Source: Podarcis vaucheri
Lineage: Eukaryota
DNA length: 64,000 nt
NCBI GenBank assembly: GCA_965113315.1
Contig: OZ220370.1
Reading direction: 5' to 3' (one strand)
Part shown: piece after piece, positions 25,602 to 39,568 of the stretch
How the letters are laid out: each line of letters starts with the position of its first letter
How positions within the stretch are numbered: position 1 is the first letter of the stretch
Position numbers and translations under genes: made by a program
Notes under the pieces: generated by a model
The model's database searches: none
The model's input: only the letters and a program-made list of their open reading frames with translations
Told to the model about the DNA's origin: nothing

Positions 25602-26038
25602 CAGAGGAGGGCAACCAAAATGGTCAAAGGCCTGGAAACGATGCCTTATGAGGAACGGCTAAGGGAGCTGGGCATGTTTAGCCTGGAGAAGAGGAGGTTA
25701 AGGGGTGATATGATAGCCATGTTTAAATATATAAAAGGATGTCACATAGAGGAGGGAGAAAGGTTGTTTTCTGCTGCTCCAGAGAAGCGGACACGGAGCA
25801 ATGGATCCAAACTACAAGGAAGAAGATTCCACCTAAACATTAGGAAGAACTTCCTGACAGTAAGAGCTGTTTGACAGTGGGATTTGCTGCCAAGGAGTGT
25901 GGTGGAGTCTCCTACTTTGGAGGTCTTTAAGCAGAGGCTTGACAACCATATGTCAGGAGTGCTCTGATGGTGTTTCCTGCTTGGCAGGGGGTTGGACTCG
26001 ATGGCCCTTGTGGTCTCTTCCAACTCTATGATTCTATG
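25602..26038 (+). mobile_element. CR1 LINE 3' end (young)
   Basis: [43 protein letters not shown]...; ends with the CR1 tail ttccaactctatgattctatg. Confidence 0.95.
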
Positions 26039-28385
26039 GTTCATGCCTTCTGTGTGCACTAATACCTCATCACCAAGGCCTGATGCTCAGTAATGCACTT
26101 CCAGGTCTGCAGCAACTGAGCAAACGGATGGAGCCAGTCCTGTTCCACCGGTGCCTCCAACAAGCTTCTCTACCCAAAGTGTTGAAGGCTAGGAGCTTTT
26201 GTTATCACCTGTTGGCTACAACCCTCAAGGAAGGGCACAGATGGCACTATAGTGGACTCTTTAGAATTCAGTTATTGCAGAAGAATTTAATTACAGATAA
26301 TTCAGATATTGCAGAAGAATAATTTAAATTATTCTCCTATTCTGCTATGTCAAATATTATACATAAAGGCAATCCTCATTTTGCACGGAGGTTTGGTTCC
26401 GGGTCATTCTGTCCGTGGAGTGTGTCATTACGCCCACAACACTCCCATGCCACCCTCTTCTGGGTCCAAAGATGATGTTGAACTAAAACTCTCATAATCC
26501 CTAGCTAGCAGAACCAGTGGACAGGGATGATGAGAGTTGTAGTCCAACAATGTTTGGAAGAGACCAGCTGGTACAGGCTAGAGGATTGTCTGAATAGGAT
26601 TGTCAATGTTTACCTTGCCTAGACTTGGTAATTACAGCCAGAATCTATTAACTGGATTAAAACTGGGTTTATACCAGAAGATGGCAGCATCAGATGTCTC
26701 TACACAGCCAATATTTCTGTTTAGTGATCTGTTAGCAGCAGCCTGTAACTGGAGAAATTCTAGTTCCTTCAGAGAAGTAAGCAAAAGGCAGCTTGACTCA
26801 AGAACCTGAACCCCAGCAGGGAGACCGAAAGGGATCCAGATTACAGCAGCTCTTCCCAATGCACAACGGTGCGCCAACAGACCCCTCCCCTTTTCCCCTC
26901 AGCCCAACCTTTTGTTTAAAATCGATTCTACTCATGGCTTAATACTGCTATTCATACCTTCTGGAGGGCTGTAGAGAAGCATTGGGTGAAGGACAATTAT
27001 GGGCTCACCTTGAGCTTGGAGTATTTTTCAAGTTCTGACTATAACTTGGTTTCTTCCCAGAACAGACTAGATTTAGCATAATCCAATTTAAACTCTGAAT
27101 ACAGCCTGATATGCAATGGGTGTGGGTGTGTGTGTAAAAAATATGATGGTGCAGTACCCTAGGTAAGATTTTTGCCAGGGCCAGATAAGATTGTAACTGC
27201 TATACCTATTACTCAGAGCAGACCCACTGAAATTAATTAGTGTGACTAAGTTGGGCCAGTTAAGATCAACAGGTCTACTTAAAGTGAAACTTGAGCACAA
27301 TCTTCCCATCTCCCCAGAAGTGAGGGCTCAGTGTCCCTGCCATTTACAGATGGAGAAATACTGTCCTCAACTGGTCTCTTCTGTGTTAATTCAAGCTTGG
27401 AGCAGGGGCATTTTCAATGGTGCACTGTCAACATGGATAAAACAGGAGCTGTTTCAGGTTAGGACAGCTAGGAGGCAGTATTTCTCTGGGTCACTGTCTC
27501 TCAGCCTAATCTACCCAAGTTGTTGTGAGGATAAAATGGGGGAAGCAGGCTTCATGGTACAGATATCAGCCACAAGGGGGCAGCAGCATGACATCCTCCT
27601 CTTACCCTTTAAAGGCTGCAAATGTTACAGAGTCCTGGTATATTTTTGGCAACGGTTTATGGGCGTCTTTCACAGCAACAAGCTGCTTGTTTGCCCACTG
27701 AAAGGGCACTCCGACTGCGCCATGCCAACTATGAACCACTCCCACCATCCTAATCTGCCTCGCTGTGGAATCCATCCCCCACTCCAAGCTTTGCCACACC
27801 AAAACACGATCCTGTTGAAAGCCAAAATCCAGTCAGTGCACATCCAGTTCCCCCAGTTCTTATGTACTGCTTTTCCTAGTGTTCCTGGTCCCTAGACATT
27901 AACTGCCCTGTACACCTTTTTCTACAGGGAGAGGCAAGCGGAAAGGAAGAATCCTAGCACTCTGAACAGGAGTTCTGCTTCCATCTTCCCACAATCCCCC
28001 CCCCCCCCGGTGTAACCAGAATTAGGTTAATCCCAGATTGACTGGCATAAGCATGGCATTCAGGAGCACAAACAAAACACCAGTTCCTTTCCGCAAAGAC
28101 CTCGTGCTTATTGCTGATGGTGCAGAACAGACCAAGGCTGACCAGGCATTATTCTTGAACTACAGCTTGGTTTTCAACAGAAAAATTTGTGGGAAGTTGA
28201 AACTAGAATAATGCAGATGCGGGACAACAGAAGAGGCGTCTGAAAAATGTCCATGTTAACAGAGAACCCAGGACAGGTCGGGCAACCACATTATATAACA
28301 CAGAAAGGATTTACTGGTACACCAAAATACAGGGAGGGTTTGACATGACATAACTCAAGCTCCTTGTGTCTTCAACAGGTAGTTC

Positions 28386-28391
28386 TTTATT
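28386..28391 (-). terminator. Candidate proximal PFDN1 polyadenylation signal
   Basis: tttatt on + (AATAAA on -), 76 nt after the PFDN1 stop, with modestly GU-rich sequence downstream. Confidence 0.5.
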
Positions 28392-28467
28392 GCAAGGTTT
28401 CAAACATGCTTGGCTTCCAACTGTTCAGTCCAAAGGTAAGGGGCAGGCAGTGGTGGGGATGAAACCC

Positions 28468-28551
28468 TCAGTGTGCTCTTCTAGCCATCAGCATTTCCCG
28501 GATGTTATCTTCAGCTTCCTTCACACTCCGCTCCAGGTACGACTTTCTCTG
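28468..28551 (-). CDS. PFDN1: Prefoldin subunit 1, exon 4
   Basis: Acceptor tttCAG|CAG. Encodes QRKSYLERSVKEAEDNIREMLMARRAH*. Total CDS is 33+167+85+84 = 369 nt, i.e. 122 aa plus stop. Confidence 0.97.
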   Translation of the reverse strand, partial: QRKSYLERSVKEAEDNIREMLMARRAH

Positions 28552-31500
28552 CTGAAAGGCACAAAAGCAACAGCAAAGAGTTGTATTCCATCAAGCTCCA
28601 CTCAGAGTAGACCTGAACCTTAGCTACTCATGTCCATCAACATCAGTGGGCCAACTATCAAACTGAGGCTAGCATTGATTGAACAGCACCCCTAAAAAGA
28701 ACCATACTGAAAAGCTTAGAGGAATTTAGATGTCTTTAAAAGAGGGTTAGAGAAAATTGTGGAGGATAAAGGTATTCTCCTTAGACAAGACGGATAATGG
28801 CTACTAGACACAAGGGCTATGGCTCTGCCTAGAGATGGGGTTTCACCACTTCCTCTTCCTGACAAAGGAAACGAGGGCTGTACTGCTCTGCCCTCATGCC
28901 CCCCCTTGCTCCAGACAGCAGGGTGCAAGCCTAGCTTTAGGCTCCCCCCTCCTCTTTGCAGGTACTCATGGGCACCTAACTAATGGCAGGTGAGGAACAC
29001 CTTGTTTTTAAGCCAGGAAAGAGGCAAATGCAACCCAAAACTGAGGAATGTTGCTTGCAAAAGTATGTCAGCCATTCCTCTAGGCAGACAAACCTCTGAT
29101 ATCTAGTTTTCAATATGAGTTTTACTCAAGACAGAAGAGCAATATAATTTTCAATCCAATGTTTTATTTAATTGAAGACACAGGCTGAACACTTAGTAAA
29201 TGACCATGTTTCTAAGCTGAATGATTTTCAATACCTTTGTCAGGAAATCCTGACTAAAACATCCTTAAAGAGGTATTACAAATGAGTTTTAAAAGGGCCT
29301 GGTTGAAACATCCACCAAATATTTCTGCTCTGGGAACTGGGGACAAGGTAGATGGTTTGCACAGATCTATACGCATCACTGCAAACTTCTGTGCTAGCAC
29401 AGCCAGCGCTGACTCACCACTGTGGGCTCTCTGATGCAGACTGTGTCATACAGCAGGAGTACTTGGGGCGGGAAAGAGGGGTGACAAGAAAAGAACGGAG
29501 CTTAAGCCCCTTTAATTCCTTCTTATTGCTTTCCAAATGAAGGGGAAGTGTTCTTTTATTTAAAAAACAAACAATCCTGGGGAAAAACCAGAGGAACCCC
29601 AGAACTCTCTTCCACCCTCATTTCTGCTCTGCCAGCAAGAGTGCAAGGGGGTGCTGGCTAAGGCAGGCAGGACCACCACTCACCCCCATCGCAAGCCCTT
29701 ACAACTGCAGCCACAAAACTCAAACCAGTAAGAGGACGCAATATCAAAATAAGCAAAAGGCATGCGCACATTAAAAAGTCTTCACCTGGTGCTGGAAAGA
29801 TAAATGAGTTGATGCCAAGCAAGCCTCTCTAGGGAGGGCATTTCAAAGACGAGGTGCCACCATGGTGCTTTGCCAGCTCTACTCTCTTGTTTGCCTGCCG
29901 TTTCTCTCAAAAAGCCCAAAGACCAGAAAGGTATGTTGACTTTCCAGTAAGATAGAAGGCCTAGTGGGAATGTGGTGGGTGGGTGGGTGGGTGGCGGTTA
30001 GACTCATACATGGATGAGAGAAAATAGTGCACAGGTAGAACGATTCCCTTTTCATGGGTGGAATTAGTACACTTGTCCCCACAGTCATTGTTAATAACTT
30101 TCCAACAAAAAGTGAAGCCATTTCCCCAGCAGGCACACCACCCAGAAAAGGGCTCACATATGCTAAGGAATGCTGGAACGGCCACATCATCGTTCCCATC
30201 CAGATTCCCCAGGTGGGATTCAACCTATGCCAGTTATCTCTCTAGTGGCTCTGAAGGCTTGGGCCAGTTACCAGCTTCCTTCAAGAGTCTGGTATGATTA
30301 CCAGCTCCAATGTCAGATCCCAGGACAAAAATGGGCCATCACCGCAAAGCAGGAAACACTTTCTAGCTTTATACTATTTGTTTCCACCTGACCACATGGC
30401 AGCAAGAATAAAAAGTTTACAAACCTGTACCATGCAGGTTCAGGGTGGTATACAAAATAATAATTAATAATAACAACAATAATAATAACAATAACAACGC
30501 AGAAGGCACCAGAAGTGTAGGAAGTGGGAAAGTAGGAAACTTCTTAACTCTCATGAACAAAGCTTTTCAAATGGCAATCATCATCCATGAGAACAAAGAA
30601 AAAAATTGATTCTGGCTCAACATACCTATCAGAAGGACAGTGATCTATATTAATGCCACACAGAGAGCCTGCTCAAGAAAGCAAGTTCACCTGGCAGCTG
30701 TGCATGGGGAGCTAATCATTCCAAGTCTGACAAATATTTCTCTCTAATGAATCAACACAGTGGGGATGTCTGGCTGCTCTTTGTCCTCTGAGAAATCAAA
30801 TCAATTGCAAAAAGGTAGCAGAATTTCCAGTGTAACCACCATCTTACTATCCAGAATGGATTTCTCAACCTCCAGCACATTGGCGGAAGAAAAAGCCGCT
30901 TGCCTGGTTCGGCCACTGCTGACTCTCCCACATTCTCTGCCAAGGCCTTAATGGTCTATGGCTGAGTCAGCCCTGCACAACTTTTGACCAAACTGAAGAT
31001 GTCCCAGCCAAGAGCCCCCGATGGGCTCACAACTTGTGCAGGTCCTTAATCGAGCAACCTGCTGTTATCCACCCGCCCACCTGGCTTTTGGCTCCCAGCA
31101 TATATTCAAAGCAATTTTTCTAGCAAAATCTGTAAATAGCTGCCATTCAAACAGGTATCCAGAAAAGAGATCAAGGCAACAGTCACCCTGCAGGAATTCC
31201 ACAACCACACAGGAACCCGTGAGTCAGACTCCACAATGACTGACTTATGAAAACTAAGCATACAATTTCCTGATCAGCGTCTGCCTTGCATAGAAGAGAG
31301 ATTATACAGCTACTTACTATATGTTGGAATAGGTAGGTGGGTGGCTAGCGGAACTCCTGATTCTGGCTCAGGTACAGGATTCAGCATTGAGTTGTTCACA
31401 GGGCTATTGCAAATATGAATCAAATTATTGCAGTCTTGGCAGTTAAGTGCTACATTGGCTCATGGCCAATCCGTCTGATTGAAGCTTTTGCCGCAATATC

Positions 31501-32486
31501 TCTGAGGATTAGATGTTAAGACACTGTAAGAAATGTGTTCCATTTATTCCCTAAAACTAACTTCCCAGTTTTCAGCAGCCCCTGCTAACAAAGGCTGATG
31601 GAAGCTGAAACCTCTGAAGGGCAACATATCGGAGAAGGCTGGTTTGTGAAGTCTGCTATCCTTACAGAGCTGGCAATCTGAACAGACTAGCCAGTTTCAG
31701 CCACAGGCTCCAAGCAGCAGCAGCAGCAGCAGAATGCTGCTATGTCTGGACCAAAGGGGACAGATAGATCAGCATCCCTGCATCCACAGAGCTAAATGGC
31801 AAGGTCAGCTTCCTTTTCTGAAGATGCTCTTCTCAAGCACTGGCATCACATTTTGAAGTGTCAGCCTGTTAGATGCTCATAATCAGATGCCTTCATTCAC
31901 GAAGGCTTGGAATCCTTGGGTATGATACAATTGCCTTGAATTAAAACCCCTGATGTCAAGTGTCTTGTGACACAGTCTCAAAAAAATGTCTGGCCTGGAG
32001 TTTATGAATCTCTAAAGTTAACACTTCTCATTTTTTACATTCTTTTGACACTGTGTGTGAAGACTCTTAGGGAAAGTGATAATCATATCTCGAGACACAG
32101 CAGGGCACTCTCGCTTCTCTGGAGAGTACTCCTCTCTCCAGCCCCGGGGGGGGGGGGGGAGGTCCTATCCCACAGGGAGGGGTCAGACAGGAGCAATGTG
32201 AAGTTACTATGGTTCTACTGAGTTTCTGGAGCTGCCGCCATCACTGGAATGCTTAAAATTGCCCACATAGTTCTCAGCTGAATGGAAAGATGTAACCATC
32301 TGAGGGCAACGAAGTCAAATATTTTTAACTATCCTATGATCCGTGAAGTTTATCTTATGTATTTAGAAAATTTACAATCTGCTTTTATATCAAAAGATTT
32401 TCAATGCAGAGAACAAGCAAGCAAGCAATGATATAATCACACTCCAAGTGAGAAGTCTTGAAGGCTTTGCCTCTTAAACTAATCTA

Positions 32487-33437
32487 CCGTATTTTGCACC
32501 CCATAAGACGCTCCGGCCCATAAGACGCACCTAGTTTTTTGGGGGGGAAATAAAGGAAAAAAAATTATTTTCCCCCCAGGTGCGGGGCTGGAAGAACCAG
32601 GTCGGGGAACAGTGGGAAGGCACGCTCTGCCTCCCCGCTGTCCTCCGAGCTTGTGGGGCTGGCGATGGGGAGAAGTGCACCAGTCCCGGGAGGGCAGGCA
32701 GCTCTGTGCCGCCATCCCGAGCGGGGCGGGACTTAGCGCCCCACTCGGGATGGCGGCGCAGAGCTGCGCTGATCCCAGGACCGCAGGCAGCTCTGCGCGG
32801 CCACCGGGAGCGTGGCGGAGCTTCTCCCCCGGCTCCCGGTGGCCGGGCAGAGCTGCGCTGGTCCCAGGACCGCAGGCAGCTCTGCACGGCCACCGGGAGC
32901 GCGGCGGAGCTTAGCACCCTGCTCCGGATGGCAGCGCAGAGCTGCGCTGGTCCCAGGACCGCAGGCAGCTCTGCGCGGCCACCGGGAGCGGGGCGGAGCT
33001 TCGCCCCCGGCTCCCGGTGGCCGGGCAGAGCTGCGCTGGTCCCAGGACCGCAGGCAGCTCTGCGCGGCCACCGGGAGTGGGGCGGAGCTTCGCCCCCGGC
33101 TCCCGGTGGCCGGGCAGAGCTGCGCTGGTCCCAGGACCGCAGGCAGCTCTGCGCGGCCCCCGGGAGCGGGGTCGGAGCTTCTCCCCCGGCTCCCGGTGGC
33201 CGCGCAGAGCTGCGCTGGTCCCGGGATTGCAGGCAGCTCTGCGCAACCCTCGGAGCCGGTCTCCCGAGGGTTGCGCAGAGCTTCCTGAAGCCTGGAGAGC
33301 GAGAGGGGTCGGTACGCACCGACCCCCCTCGCTCTCCAGGCTTCAGCGAAAGCCTGCATTCGCCCCATAAGACGCAGGCACATTTCCCCTTCATTTTTGG
33401 AGGGGAAAAAGTGCGTCTTATGGGGCGAAAAATACGG
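32487..33437. mobile_element. pogo/Tc1-type non-autonomous element (951 bp) with an internal palindromic tandem array
   Basis: TIRs ccgtattttgcaccccataagacg / cgtcttatggggcgaaaaatacgg, TA on both sides, repeated subterminal ccataagacgca motifs. Confidence 0.9.
32695..33245. repeat. 89-bp very GC-rich minisatellite, ~6 copies, each unit largely palindromic
   Basis: gcagagctgc recurs at 32758, 32847, 32936, 33025, 33114 and 33204 (spacing 89, 89, 89, 89, 90). Confidence 0.95.
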
Positions 33438-34346
33438 TAACTGAACTCAAAGGAAGTAAGTGACCCTGTAAACTCATCTAGGAGCAAACAAAATATGCTG
33501 TTACACATCCAGATTTAATATATATACCATTCACAGAACTCCTCTATTTAAAGCCAAAGAATCATACCTATCTTCTGTCACCCATCTATAGCAATAGTCC
33601 ACATGCCCATTCCTCTCCTTCCAAAGTTACTCAATCCAATATGCCCAGCTTCTTTCATGTACCTCTCTAAAGAAAAGCTGCATCCAGGACAGGGCAAGGT
33701 CTCCAAAATTTGAGCAGCATCAGTTCAAAATAAATCAGAGATGAATCCACCTAGATTTCCTCATATTCCAGACTCTGGCCAAGTTGTCTGTGTTACAAGG
33801 CATATAAATAAGCAACTTAAGATAGACAGATACTATCAAGTTACTTATTTGTCTAGTAATTTAACTGGAGCATTGAAAATCCATTCAAATAAAAACACTG
33901 GATGCAACAGATCACAAACCAAATAAAAATGGCAAACAAATTGTACACCACCACCAGGAGCAAAGAGGACAAGACGAGTCCACCTGCTGTTAACAGGTAC
34001 ATACAGTACACCGGAAGGCCCAACCTCAATGACTGAAAATCACAGGCAACTAGTAATACCCGGTTAAAGGTGGACATAGAAACCCACACAGCACGCTTAC
34101 GTATCTTTTGCAGTGCAGTGAATTGCCAAAGACTGCTGAGGTGCCAGAATCCTTACAAGGTGGACTGTATTTCCCTACTTGCAACACAGGCGGCTGCCAT
34201 GCGTGTCTGGCAACTGAGTACAACATGTAACCTGACCCAGAAGTCTAGCACAGCTTTGAACACCCTCTTGTCATGGACAGTGGAATATAAACAGAAAGAA
34301 ATCAGATTGTCAACCCCAGTTGGGTGCCAGATAAAAATCAGCAGTG

Positions 34347-34740
34347 CACTGAGGTCCAGCTCAGAGGGCCTTCTGGCAGTTCCCTCCCTGTGAGAAGCCA
34401 GGTTACAGGGAACCAGGCAGAGGGCCTTCTCAGTAGTGGCACCCGCCCTGTGGAATGCCCTCCCACCAGATGTCAAGGAAATAAACAACTATCTGACTTT
34501 TAGGAGACATCTGAAGGCAGCCCTGTTTAGGGAAGTTTTTAATGTCTGGGGTTTTATTGCTTTTTTATTTTTATTATTATCATTATTATCATCATCATCA
34601 TCATTAATTCTGTTGGTAGCCACCCAGAGTGGCTGGGGAAACCCAGCCAAATGGGTAGGGTATAAATAATAAATTATTGTTATTATTATGGGTAGGGTAT
34701 AAATAATAAATTATTATTATTATTACTACTACTACTACTA
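34347..34740 (+). mobile_element. L2-clade LINE 3' end with a duplicated tail
   Basis: Same 3' sequence as the 15922 copy. Tail segment atgggtagggtataaataataaattatt is repeated at 34651 and 34688. Confidence 0.88.
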
Positions 34741-34782
34741 CACGTGTCACTACTACTGGTTATCCGCCCCCCCCCCCCGCCC

Positions 34783-35590
34783 TCAGACTACTGCAATGAG
34801 TTCCATGTGGGGCTATCTTTGAAGGTGATTCAGAAACTACAAGTAATCCAGAATGCGGCAGCTAGACTGTTGTCTGGGAATGACTGCCGACACCAGGGGT
34901 CAGCAAATGTTTTCAGCAGGGAGCCGGTCCATTGTCCCTCAAACCTTGTGTGGGGCCGGACTATATTTTGAAAAAAGAAGAACGAATTCCTTTGCCCCAC
35001 AAATAACCCAGAGATGCATTTTAATATAAAAACACACATTCTACTCATGTAAAAACATGCTGATTCCCGGACCATCCGCGGGCTGGATTTAGAAGGTGAT
35101 CGGGCTGGATCCGGCCCCCGGGCCTTAGTTTGCCTATCCATGGCTGAGACCGTATAACACCGGTGCTAAAGGATCTACATTGGCTCCAATACATTTCTGA
35201 GCACAATTCAATGTGTTGGTGCTGACCTTTAAAGCCCTAACAGCCTCAGCCCAGTATACCTGAAGGAGCATCTCCACCCCCATTGCTCAGCCCAGAAACT
35301 GAGGTCCAGCTCCAAAGGCCTTCTGGCAGTTCCCACACGTCAAGAAGCAAAGCTACAGGGAACCAGGCAGAGGGCCTTCTTGGCAGTGGCAGGCCTTGGC
35401 CTAGGGAACACCTTCCCAATCAGATGTCAAGGAGATAAATAACACTGCAACAAGTAACTATGCAACTTTCAGAAGACACCTGAAGGCAGCCCTGTCTCAG
35501 GAAGTTTTAAATGTTTGATGTTTTTATATGTGTTGGAAGCCATCAAGAGTAGCTGGGGAAACCCAGCCAGATGAGTGGGGCATAAATAAA
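34783..35590 (+). mobile_element. L2-clade LINE 3' fragment interrupted by a hAT MITE
   Basis: Encodes DYCNEFHVGLSLKVIQKLQVIQNAAARLL and, after the MITE, ITPVLKDLHWL (L2 ORF2 C-terminus), then the L2 3' end. Confidence 0.88.
34894..35142. mobile_element. hAT (Charlie-like) MITE nested in L2
   Basis: caggggtcagcaaa...tttgcctatccatg. Degenerate 8-bp TSD gccgacac/gctgagac. Homologous to 59929-60180. Confidence 0.88.
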
Positions 35591-38500
35591 ACAGCAGCAG
35601 CAGCTTAAAAAAAAAATCAGATACAATTCATGAGGGTTCAAGCTGTATAGACAGCTTGTGAAATTTTGCTTATGATCCTTGTTGAATACTGCTGGACATT
35701 CCCAATGTGGCAAATGAAGAAAATTATTGCATCTCTGCCTATCACAAGTTCTGGAAAAATGCCTTTGAGGATTTCAGGCAGACAAGTGACAAGCTGGAAT
35801 ACAGCTGGGTCTCCCAGTGAAATTAATGTAAACAATGTAATGTAGTGTATAAAAAAAATCAACTTGTCTATAAAATGGGCATGCTTTGCCCATCTGTCTG
35901 AAATATGGTAGGCCTGGTGCATGGATGGTTGGCAGCAGAACACCAGAAAAGATGCCATTTGATGGAAAACACAAGGGATGCAGGCAGCAGAAGAATGGAT
36001 GAATGTCTCATCAAAATGGATGGGAAAACCAAAACAAATGAACTAATTCCAAATTACTTATTAAAAGGAAAAGGAAATGAAGCATTAAAATGAGGCAACT
36101 AAGCCATTTTCCCCCTTTCACATCTTTATTATCTGGATAATTAAGTCCCACTTGTTCACATGCATAGCTTTATCTTGGTTTTTTGTCTCTTGGTGACACT
36201 AGTGAGTGTCTTCTCAACTTTTACAGACTGGCAGGTATAAACTCAAAGCTGTTTGCTATTAGAAACCATTTCTGACTGTAAAGGAAATCTTACATTTTTC
36301 ACATATCTGAAAGCAAGGTATCAACTATGGGTCAATAAAGAGCCCAGCCTTCCTGGCAAACACTTTTATGTGCCCGACAGTTATGTACAGTAGACAAGGA
36401 AGGGCTCGTCCCATCTATTAACATTTAGCTGCAAGCGAAGTGAAAGGTGTGTAAAAATGAGAGGTGTGGGCCAGGCAGGAAGTTGTGACATCACAGCCAC
36501 ATACCTGAACACTAAGGTGTGTCTAGCTAGGATGAGTCAAAGCTTTGTCAGCTCTGTTCTAAGCAATGCTACACACTAGTCTGTTTAAACATGTCCTGCT
36601 CCTCCCAGAAGAGGCAAAAAAAATCTATTATTCTGGTTTTGCATAGCAAACCAAAGTGAGGAAAGAACAGCAAGGAATGTGTAGGGTGGGTCATCATACT
36701 TGAGATAAATGCAAATGAAATTAATTCTGTGAGTAGAGATTACTCGTGCAATGACTGTCAAAGTATGGCCTAGAGCAATGTTAAAAGACCTTGAGGGTGA
36801 GATATACGACTAGCAAGTGAGGCTCTGTAGAAAAATCACAGATGTAACTGTCCCAAGTGGAGATATCAGATGAGTTACTATCTCACTGCTCTGAAGTCAG
36901 GCAGCACAACACATAAGACACCATCTCTAAAACCCACTATACAAGGTGGGCAAAAAGTAGATAATAAATCCTCTATTTACTGGCAATCCTGATCCAATAA
37001 CATGGAGACCAGGTTTAGGTGCAAAGTGATTTCAGCACAAATTCCAAAACCTATGCTCAAGACAGCCTAATCATCAACAAGGACACAGATACTTGGGAGG
37101 AGTTCTGCATTTCAAACATGCATTTTGAGTGGAAGGCACTTAGGACAACCCAGAAATATTCTGTTCAAAATGTCTGAATTTTGAAAACCAAGAAGCAGCA
37201 ATGCAGATTTGGTGGGGCAGGGGAAGGAGGGTGCAGAAGTGCCAAAATATTGATTTATTTAAAGAGCCAAAATCCTTGATATGGCCTTGGCCTAAACAGC
37301 ATATATATTTCCAACTGTCAGCAAGCTGAGATACACTTTGCAGATGGGAAAGAAGAGGCACTTTGCCGCTGACACTGACCTGAGGGACATCCCTTCTAAA
37401 GAGCTCAGAACAGAATGAAGTTGGAAAAGCAAAGGGCAGAAAATCAAGAAATCAGAAAACTCCCATCACTCATTAGGAATATTATCATGATTGTGCAGCT
37501 GTGTCAACATTAGACAACCCAGATTAAAATACTGGTGGAAAGAAACAGGGGGAGGGGGGTGTTTTGCTATGGCGGGACTTTGGGAAGAGTCAGTTTTACT
37601 TGGCTCTATGGGAGTTGGCTTGTTTTAAAAGCCTTCTCCACTGGAAACTTACAAAAGGATGGAACTCTCACAAAGATAAAATTTATTTTCCAAAAACAGT
37701 ATGTTGAGACAAAGGTGATTGAGAACGATCTTTTAAATCACCGATTTTGAAAGTAACACACTAAAATGTGCATACATTATTTTCAATTTAACGTATTCAT
37801 ATACTCAAGAAAACTACAGTAGAAAAGAGTGACAGATCAAAATAAAAACAGGTTCAGAAAGTATTTTAGAATGATACTGTAGCCTCTGTACATACAAAAG
37901 GTGGCTTTAAAAACCATGTGCAGGTGAGAGAAACCTGGTTGGGCAATGTATTTGTATTCAGAGCAGAGAGTTTCCTTATAACCCACTCTCAGCCCATAGA
38001 GCTATTATCATTTTGAAGGTATATCTAAATCCCGTGGCCCTTGGCAAGCTCTGCCCCATGGCACATGCCCATTCACCTTGCAACCTCTCCTCCAGTAGCG
38101 GCTGGTGGGGCAGGGCGGCTTCCCACCACTGCGGTCACGGGCAGTTTCCAAGAGGAAGAGGTGAGGCAGCAGGGAGGCGTTGGCACCAACCTCTCCATCG
38201 CCTCACCTTCCCTCCTGTCAGCAACCTGCCATGACCCCAGCACTGGGAAGCCAGGTAAGCAGCACACCTGGGCATTCCGCTAAAACTCTCCCACACTACT
38301 CCCCTTTGCAGCTGGAGCCAAGCAATCTGTCCCTGCTCCAGCAGCCATGCATTCATTGCTTCCCACCACTATGGAGAAAATTATCAGTCAGAATACTGGG
38401 ACAGCATGGTATCACAGGCTCACCCATGGCCTGCACAGCTTCTCTTAATTTGCAACTTCGGCAGGTCTGGTGGACTGATTAGAATAGCCCTCACTGTACA

Positions 38501-39325
38501 AAGTTTCCTTAAAGCATGTTGAATGGGGGGGGGGGGTTTGAAGAGATGACAGGATCCTCTACTTGCCAAGGAGTAAAATATTAGTCATCACAGAAACAGG
38601 GAGAAGGTAAAAAAAATATGAAGCTATCAAGCAGAATTGTGGAGAGTTCCCTGCTACTTGAAGCATTTTGCCAAAACTAGATGCCTTTCTAAAATGAATG
38701 ATTAAGTTTAAGCAGTATATCTAAATTTAACAACTGAATAATGAGATGAAACTCTGCACTTATTTGTTAAGGAAGAACCCACTTTAGATCACAAGCCCTC
38801 TAAAACCTACCAAGAGATGGCCCCCATAGGCTGGAACAGTATATCCCATTTATCAAGAATGCCAAACAGGCCTTCTCTCTCCCACTGCCCAGCCTCCCCC
38901 ATCATATGGTAAATATAAATACAGCAAGTCGCAGTAGTAGAGAAATCCACCTTATAGCAGCCTCCCCCTTATTTGTTATTTTTAGCCACTTCGTCTGACA
39001 ACGCCCAACAACTAAGCAGGCTGAGAATAGTAAGGGGGAGAGAAGGATTATCAAGTACTAACAGTGAAAACACACGGCCATAATCACTTCCTTCACTAAG
39101 GAGGAATGGGTGTTTTCCATGTCTTTACAGCATCAGAAAACTTGCTTTTTCTCAAATGCCACACTGAAACACTAAGCACTATCATGTACCACAATGAAAT
39201 CAAATTATTCTTTCCTGAAAAAGTTTCTTCCAGCATTTTTAAGCAAAAAAAGTGGGCTGTTATCATTTTAGGATGCTTCCAAAACAGATCTCGCCCCACC
39301 TCCCCTCATGAACACTTAAAATATA

Positions 39326-39568
39326 CTGTATTGACCCGAATATAAACCACAACTTGTTTTCCAAATTCCAACCATGAAAAGTTAAAGTGCGGCTTAAATT
39401 CACAACCTTACAAAAACTGGCTTTTACGATATCGCTGCTAAAACAGACATACGGTAAAATGGAACAGGTGTGAGTGCCTGTGGAATGTGAAGGGAGCGGC
39501 TTATATTCGGGAATTGTCTTTTTCCCCCTTGAATTTTAAAGGTGTGGCTTATATTCGGGCCAATATGG
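39326..39568. mobile_element. pogo/Tc1-type MITE (older family)
   Basis: TIRs ctgtattgacccgaatataa / ttatattcgggccaatatgg, TA on both sides, repeated gcggcttatattcg subterminal motifs. Confidence 0.8.

Noticed and set aside
27242-27895. 217-aa intergenic ORF
   Set aside because: GTG start, no recognisable domain, composition typical of non-coding DNA.
32531-33508. Long ORFs (325, 286, 216 aa) and a CRISPR-like look of the palindromic array
   Set aside because: The ORFs arise from a stop-poor GC-rich tandem repeat open in several frames. The spacers are identical, there are no cas genes, and the context is a eukaryotic MITE.
2552-38537. Scattered G/C homopolymer runs of 10-15 nt
   Set aside because: Common simple repeats dispersed without pattern, with no evidence of function.
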